From Flaccisagitta enflata (taxonomy: Eukaryota), in the NCBI GenBank assembly GCA_965153355.1, contig OZ231126.1:1860001-1924000 (forward strand): a stretch of DNA of 64,000 nt. The letters are read 5' to 3'. The notes under the pieces were generated by a model. It saw only the letters and a list, made by a program, of their open reading frames with translations, was not told where the DNA came from and did not search any database. Position 1 is the stretch's first letter. The number at the start of each line of letters is the position of its first letter. A program made the translations under genes and the position numbers. Positions 1 to 64,000 of the stretch are shown piece by piece.

Positions 1-526
1 CATGATTACTTTGGCCGTAATCACATGAAACATTTTTTTCGTTAGAAAGTTATTCAGTACTAGTCCACAGATTCCAAAGCAAAGCTCCTAACGTGGAATA
101 TTAATGATGAATCCATCCTTTGATGTCATCTTAATAACAGCATTGCATATTTGCTCCTTGGTCTGAGCGTCTTCATCTTAAAAAAAAAATAAACTAATTC
201 TAACTCAACAAATTCCGTTCACTATCGAAGCTTTCAGGCGACGGAACTAAGTAGAGTGTGTTTTAAGGATCTTTTTTGAGCGGCGGTTCTTTTCATGAAT
301 GCTTATGGCGCAATTGAAATATTCAATTATTCACTCATCTTCCACCATTAATAAGAAGAAATGAAATAATAAAATTGATGTGAGAAGAAAAATCAAAATA
401 GGACCGAATATCATAATGTGATGAATACATTTTAACACTGAAGACGTGAATGTTTTGAATTCTATCTAATCTGTCATTAAGAAACAAATTATATTTCATA
501 TCATGTTTTGACACTTCCACTTTGGT

Positions 527-657
<131 letters not shown>

Positions 658-1369
658 GAGATGAAATGAGCAAACAGGCAGAAAAATGATTAAGAGAATC
701 AAAATTAGTATCAAAAATTATTGACTCATAATATCTTTTGCTTGAAAAAACAGAAAATTCTAAAAACAATGATGGCTGTGAAAAAAAAAATTGGAGAAAA
801 GGAACCTATTAACGAAAGATCCTTGGGTTAGTCCCTTGTCCATAGTCTATAACAAACCAAAATTGTAATCATTTGCAGAATTGAAACGGTAGTTGCCGTG
901 GGGGGGGGGGTGTATAGGGGGGTTAGTTGTAGTGGGGAAGGTAGTTGCAAGATAACCTCCGTTTTCATTCACGCAACTCCAGCTGCATCAATCTGTCCGT
1001 CCGATTGTGATTGATTGTCGGTCCTCATGACTGGCCCTGTAAGTGTAACCGATGAATGTACTCTTCATGGTAAAACTACTCTTTTTTCTAGTGCAGAAAT
1101 GGTATCAGGACCTAAACGCCTGACCTTGTCGGAGTTAGGGCCCTCAGAGAAACAACCCAAAGTGGATATGCAATAGGATTACTCCAAGAACCTGCATTTG
1201 GTTCTACGGGGAGTACGTTATCTGCATATGAAAGGCTATGTTTATCATGGTTCTTGATAAAAATGTTGTTTAATTGATAAAGGATAGTTGTGATGAGTCC
1301 GGATTAAGAACCATTGAGAGTTCCCAAGACTCTCATCCTTTGTTTTTTATGTGTTCTTTTTTTCTTTCT

Positions 1370-1562
1370 TTTTTAGTTGCGGACACGCAACTCTATAAGA
1401 GGCTTTGTCCGTCCGTCGGTCAGTTGGTTGGTCGGTTGGTTGGTTGGTTGGTTGGTTGGTTGGTTGGTCCGTAGAGGTGATCGAGTCGAAAAGTGGGAAA
1501 ACGCGCATTACCGCCCCTGCCCACCCGTCCGCAACTGGTGGCCGTGTATCCGGCCTTGTTTT
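1370..1562 (+). mobile_element. Helentron/DINE-1-like non-autonomous element, family A (copies at 12525-12577, 53761-53927, 55548-55750)
   Basis: T-run, subterminal IR AGTTGCGGAC/GTCCGCAACT, (GTCC/GGTT)n, 3' hairpin GGCCG..CGGCC, T-run; no TSD. Confidence 0.8.
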
Positions 1563-1664
1563 GTAAAGCAATGATGTCTTAAGTCATATGATATGATGAT
1601 GTAGATCTCCTAGGTCGGCCGACGCTGACAATGCGGAGTCGTTGGCTATCTTTAACAGGACGAT

Positions 1665-1863
1665 TGTTAGTCGCGTGCACGCGACTCTACACCCCACTTT
1701 GTCGGTCCGTCCGTCCCTCCGTCCGTCCGTCCGTCACACTTTACTTTTTTTGGGTTTTTGCGGTCTATGGCCTCACTGCTCCTGCCCAAATGATCTGGTG
1801 TCCTCAATTACGGCCCCTGCCCACCCGCACGCGACTGAGGTAGCCGTGTATCCGGCCTTGTTT
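1665..1863 (+). mobile_element. Helentron/DINE-1-like family B (copies at ~33225-33410, 36166-36395, 42615-42873, 46893-47095, 47470-47620, 54577-54726)
   Basis: TAGTCGCGTGCACGCGACT 5' hairpin, (GTCC)n, CACGCGACT subterminal IR, 3' hairpin. Confidence 0.78.
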
Positions 1864-3409
1864 ATGTATCTTCGGCATCTATTTGCTCTGTGTTCGCTCT
1901 CATGATGTCGAAGAAAAAAGAGAAAATATGATTTGGTATTTGAATACAATTTGTTTTTGTTGCCCCTTAACGCAATATTAGTAAAAGAAAACCTTTCGAC
2001 ACTCCGACGGACCAACGTCCAACGGATTAACCCTCTTGAAGAGATGCGTAGATGCGAGAATGTCCTAACGTTACTAAGGGCGTGTTTCTAGCGAAAACAA
2101 ACAAGGCCGGATACACGGGCCAAGATGATGCGCCGGGCATTATCATTTCTTAGACCTATCCCTAGCTCCATCAGACCTATCCCTAGCTCTATCAGACCTA
2201 TCCCGAAATCTATCAGACCCATCCCCAGACCTGGCCGTAGCTGATTATCATAATGAATGAAATGACGAGTATCATCAATGGTGAGAGAAATGAGTTATCA
2301 ATTGATTTTAAACATTTTTAGCGACTTTTCATTCAAGCATGACCAACAGATGGACGGATGGACAGACAAAGCCTCTTATAGAGGTGCTATGGCGCATCCT
2401 AGCATATTTCTGAATCATTTCCAGTGATTTTTGCTTCTTTTCGAGATTTTCAACTCGAGCGTGACCAACCGACCGACAGACAGAGCCTCTTATAGAGGTG
2501 CTATGGCGCACCTAAAAACGTGTTTGTTCCTGTGTGTTTACAGCGTGAATCCTGAACACACATTCATGAATATCAACTGTCCCACGAGGGAGTGAGCAAA
2601 GTGAGTGAGCGAGCCCGCGAAGGCAGCGTAGCGAAGCGGAGCGCTGCGGAGCGTTTGAGCGGAGTGAGCGGTGCGAACGAACGAACGTGGCGAGCGACCG
2701 AGTGGCCCGTTTGAAATGCGATTGTCTTTGACTAGATTCATCCCCTAATAACTCGGATAACATGTCTAGAGAATTGATTAAATAAATCTTCGCGCAAACG
2801 TTAAACAAAAGTCATGTTGCTAATAAGTAATATATGCTGGAATATCTTCTCGTATCGTGTCAGATTTTGGAGAGCGTTGCATTTGATGTAAACATTTTGT
2901 TTGTAGCGACTGCCGTTCCAAATTGCAAAATTGATTTACAAATTTCGTCGATGCGAAATGGAAATTATCGTCTACAAAAAAAAACAACGAATAAGAAAGA
3001 TTGTAATAGTGGAATTAAATTGACGTGCAACGAGTAGAATGAATTTCTAAAAATAAACTCATTCTAAAAAACTGATACACGCGTGATTGCGTTACTGGCG
3101 TGATTTCGTTACTGGCGTGATTTAGTCCCGTCACTGGCGTGATTTCATTACTGGCGGGATTTCGTTGCTGGCGTGATTGGGTTACTGGCGCTTACACTTT
3201 CATGGTTACCAGGTAATTGGCAGCATGAAACAGTGAGATCAAACCCCGGTTGCTCGGGGTTGATTGGGGTTGCTCGGGGTTTCTTCGAGGCTGCTCGGGT
3301 TGCTCTGGGTTGCTCGGGGTTGCTCTAGGTTGCTCGGGGTTGATCGGGGTTACTCAAGGTTGCCCGGGGTTGATTGGGGTTGCTCGGGGTTGCTTGGGAT
3401 TACTCTGTA

Positions 3410-3930
3410 CCAATAAAGGCGGCTCTCGCCGTAGGAAAAAAGTCGTAAGTGCGAGGTTTTGGAATTTCTTGTGATTGTTTTTTGTCTGGTTGTCTGGTTG
3501 TTGAACGGATAGACGGACCAATGACCAATGGATGGACTGACGGACAAAGCCTCTCATAGTGTCCAGAGTTGAAATGAGAGAGAGACTGTGCTGCCAGGAT
3601 GCACAATCATCACCTGGGACATTTCAAAGTTCAAATAGACTTCAACTAACTCGATTCCTTATTTTTGGGAAAAATGCAAAAAATGCGAAAAAATATAAAA
3701 AGATTTAAAAAATCATAGCTCCAAAATTATCAATCGCACAGAATTCTGCTTGGCGTCAGCTGAAAGAAGAGAATAAGCTCTTTCTTAGCTATTAATTTCA
3801 TGCGTAGTCTCATTCGGCCCCCAAAATGTATCAACTTTCTCAAACAACTCATAAAACAGAGGGAAATCCGTTTTTCTCTGCAGGACTCAAAAAGACCGAA
3901 GGGACTTTGTCTCTTTGACTTTTTTCCAAA
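3410..3930 (-). mobile_element. Helentron-like family F, shortest copy (others at 9181-11996 and 58377-62315 carry nested inserts)
   Basis: GGAAAAAAGTCG/CGACTTTTTTCC subterminal IR plus a GGCG...CGCC hairpin near the end; three alignable copies. Confidence 0.75.
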
Positions 3931-4298
3931 TTACCCTGGATTACCTCAGGATTGAGTTAATCGTTTGTCACGATGACTGAGTATAGTTGGAAAAAAAGTC
4001 GAATTATGTAATTTGATTTTTTGAAACACTTGAAGTCAGAGGAAGACAGAGACAGAAAGGGAGAAAGAGACACAGAGAGACAGAGATTGAATAACAAAAA
4101 CAGACCGGCAGTCCACCAGAAAGCATGAGATGCATACACAGAAAAAACATGCACTGAAAATAACGAATCCCATTTATGACCTTATTCCAGTCGGCGATAG
4201 CCGCCTTTATTGAATAGCACTATTTTGTTTGTTAATCTCACCTCAGATAACCCAGTGAAGAGGGCGTGAAAATCAGCGGACGCGTTTAACCCAAAAAG

Positions 4299-63838
<59,540 letters not shown>

Positions 63839-64000
63839 GTTGATATATACTGGCACTCAGTGCTCTGTATTAACAGATTTGCATACAGTTGAACCCCGCT
63901 ATAACAGATTTCAGGGGACTAACAATTTTTCTCTGATAAAGGCGGACAAAGGAAGTAAAAGAAATTGATTTAAAGGGACTATGAGTTTGTATCTGTTATA

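Noticed and set aside
1091-1176. Short exon-like segment after TTTTTCTAG
   Set aside because: No recognisable domain and no partner exons identified.
2834-3037. Upstream signal-peptide exon for the main gene
   Set aside because: Weak hydrophobicity and no convincing splice path; the gene already has an in-frame upstream stop and an internal TM.

Overview
Repeat-rich eukaryotic genomic DNA, probably from an invertebrate animal; the organism cannot be identified from the sequence. Manual GT-AG splicing with phase checking recovers one + strand gene running from ATG 4299 past the right edge. It has about 33 exons (two uncertain) and about 1630 codons inside the window. The predicted product is a type II membrane protein: a ~590-aa low-complexity N-terminal tail, one TM helix, two EGF repeats and at least four tandem, highly divergent fibrinogen-C (FReD)-like domains. 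The introns are packed with mobile DNA: a 5'-truncated Naiad/Chlamys-like Penelope RT, a CR1-like LINE and two other LINE fragments, many Helentron/DINE-1-like non-autonomous elements, hAT-, Tc1-, PIF- and MULE-like TIR elements (often nested), a 1.45-kb foldback palindrome and long microsatellites. The most unusual signal is that at least nine exon-intron boundaries are themselves tandemly amplified. The repeat units straddle the splice site (2 to ~54 copies, 11-113 bp), and in the four arrays translated in full only the exon-adjacent copy keeps the reading frame open. The gene model was made by hand and needs RNA-seq confirmation.
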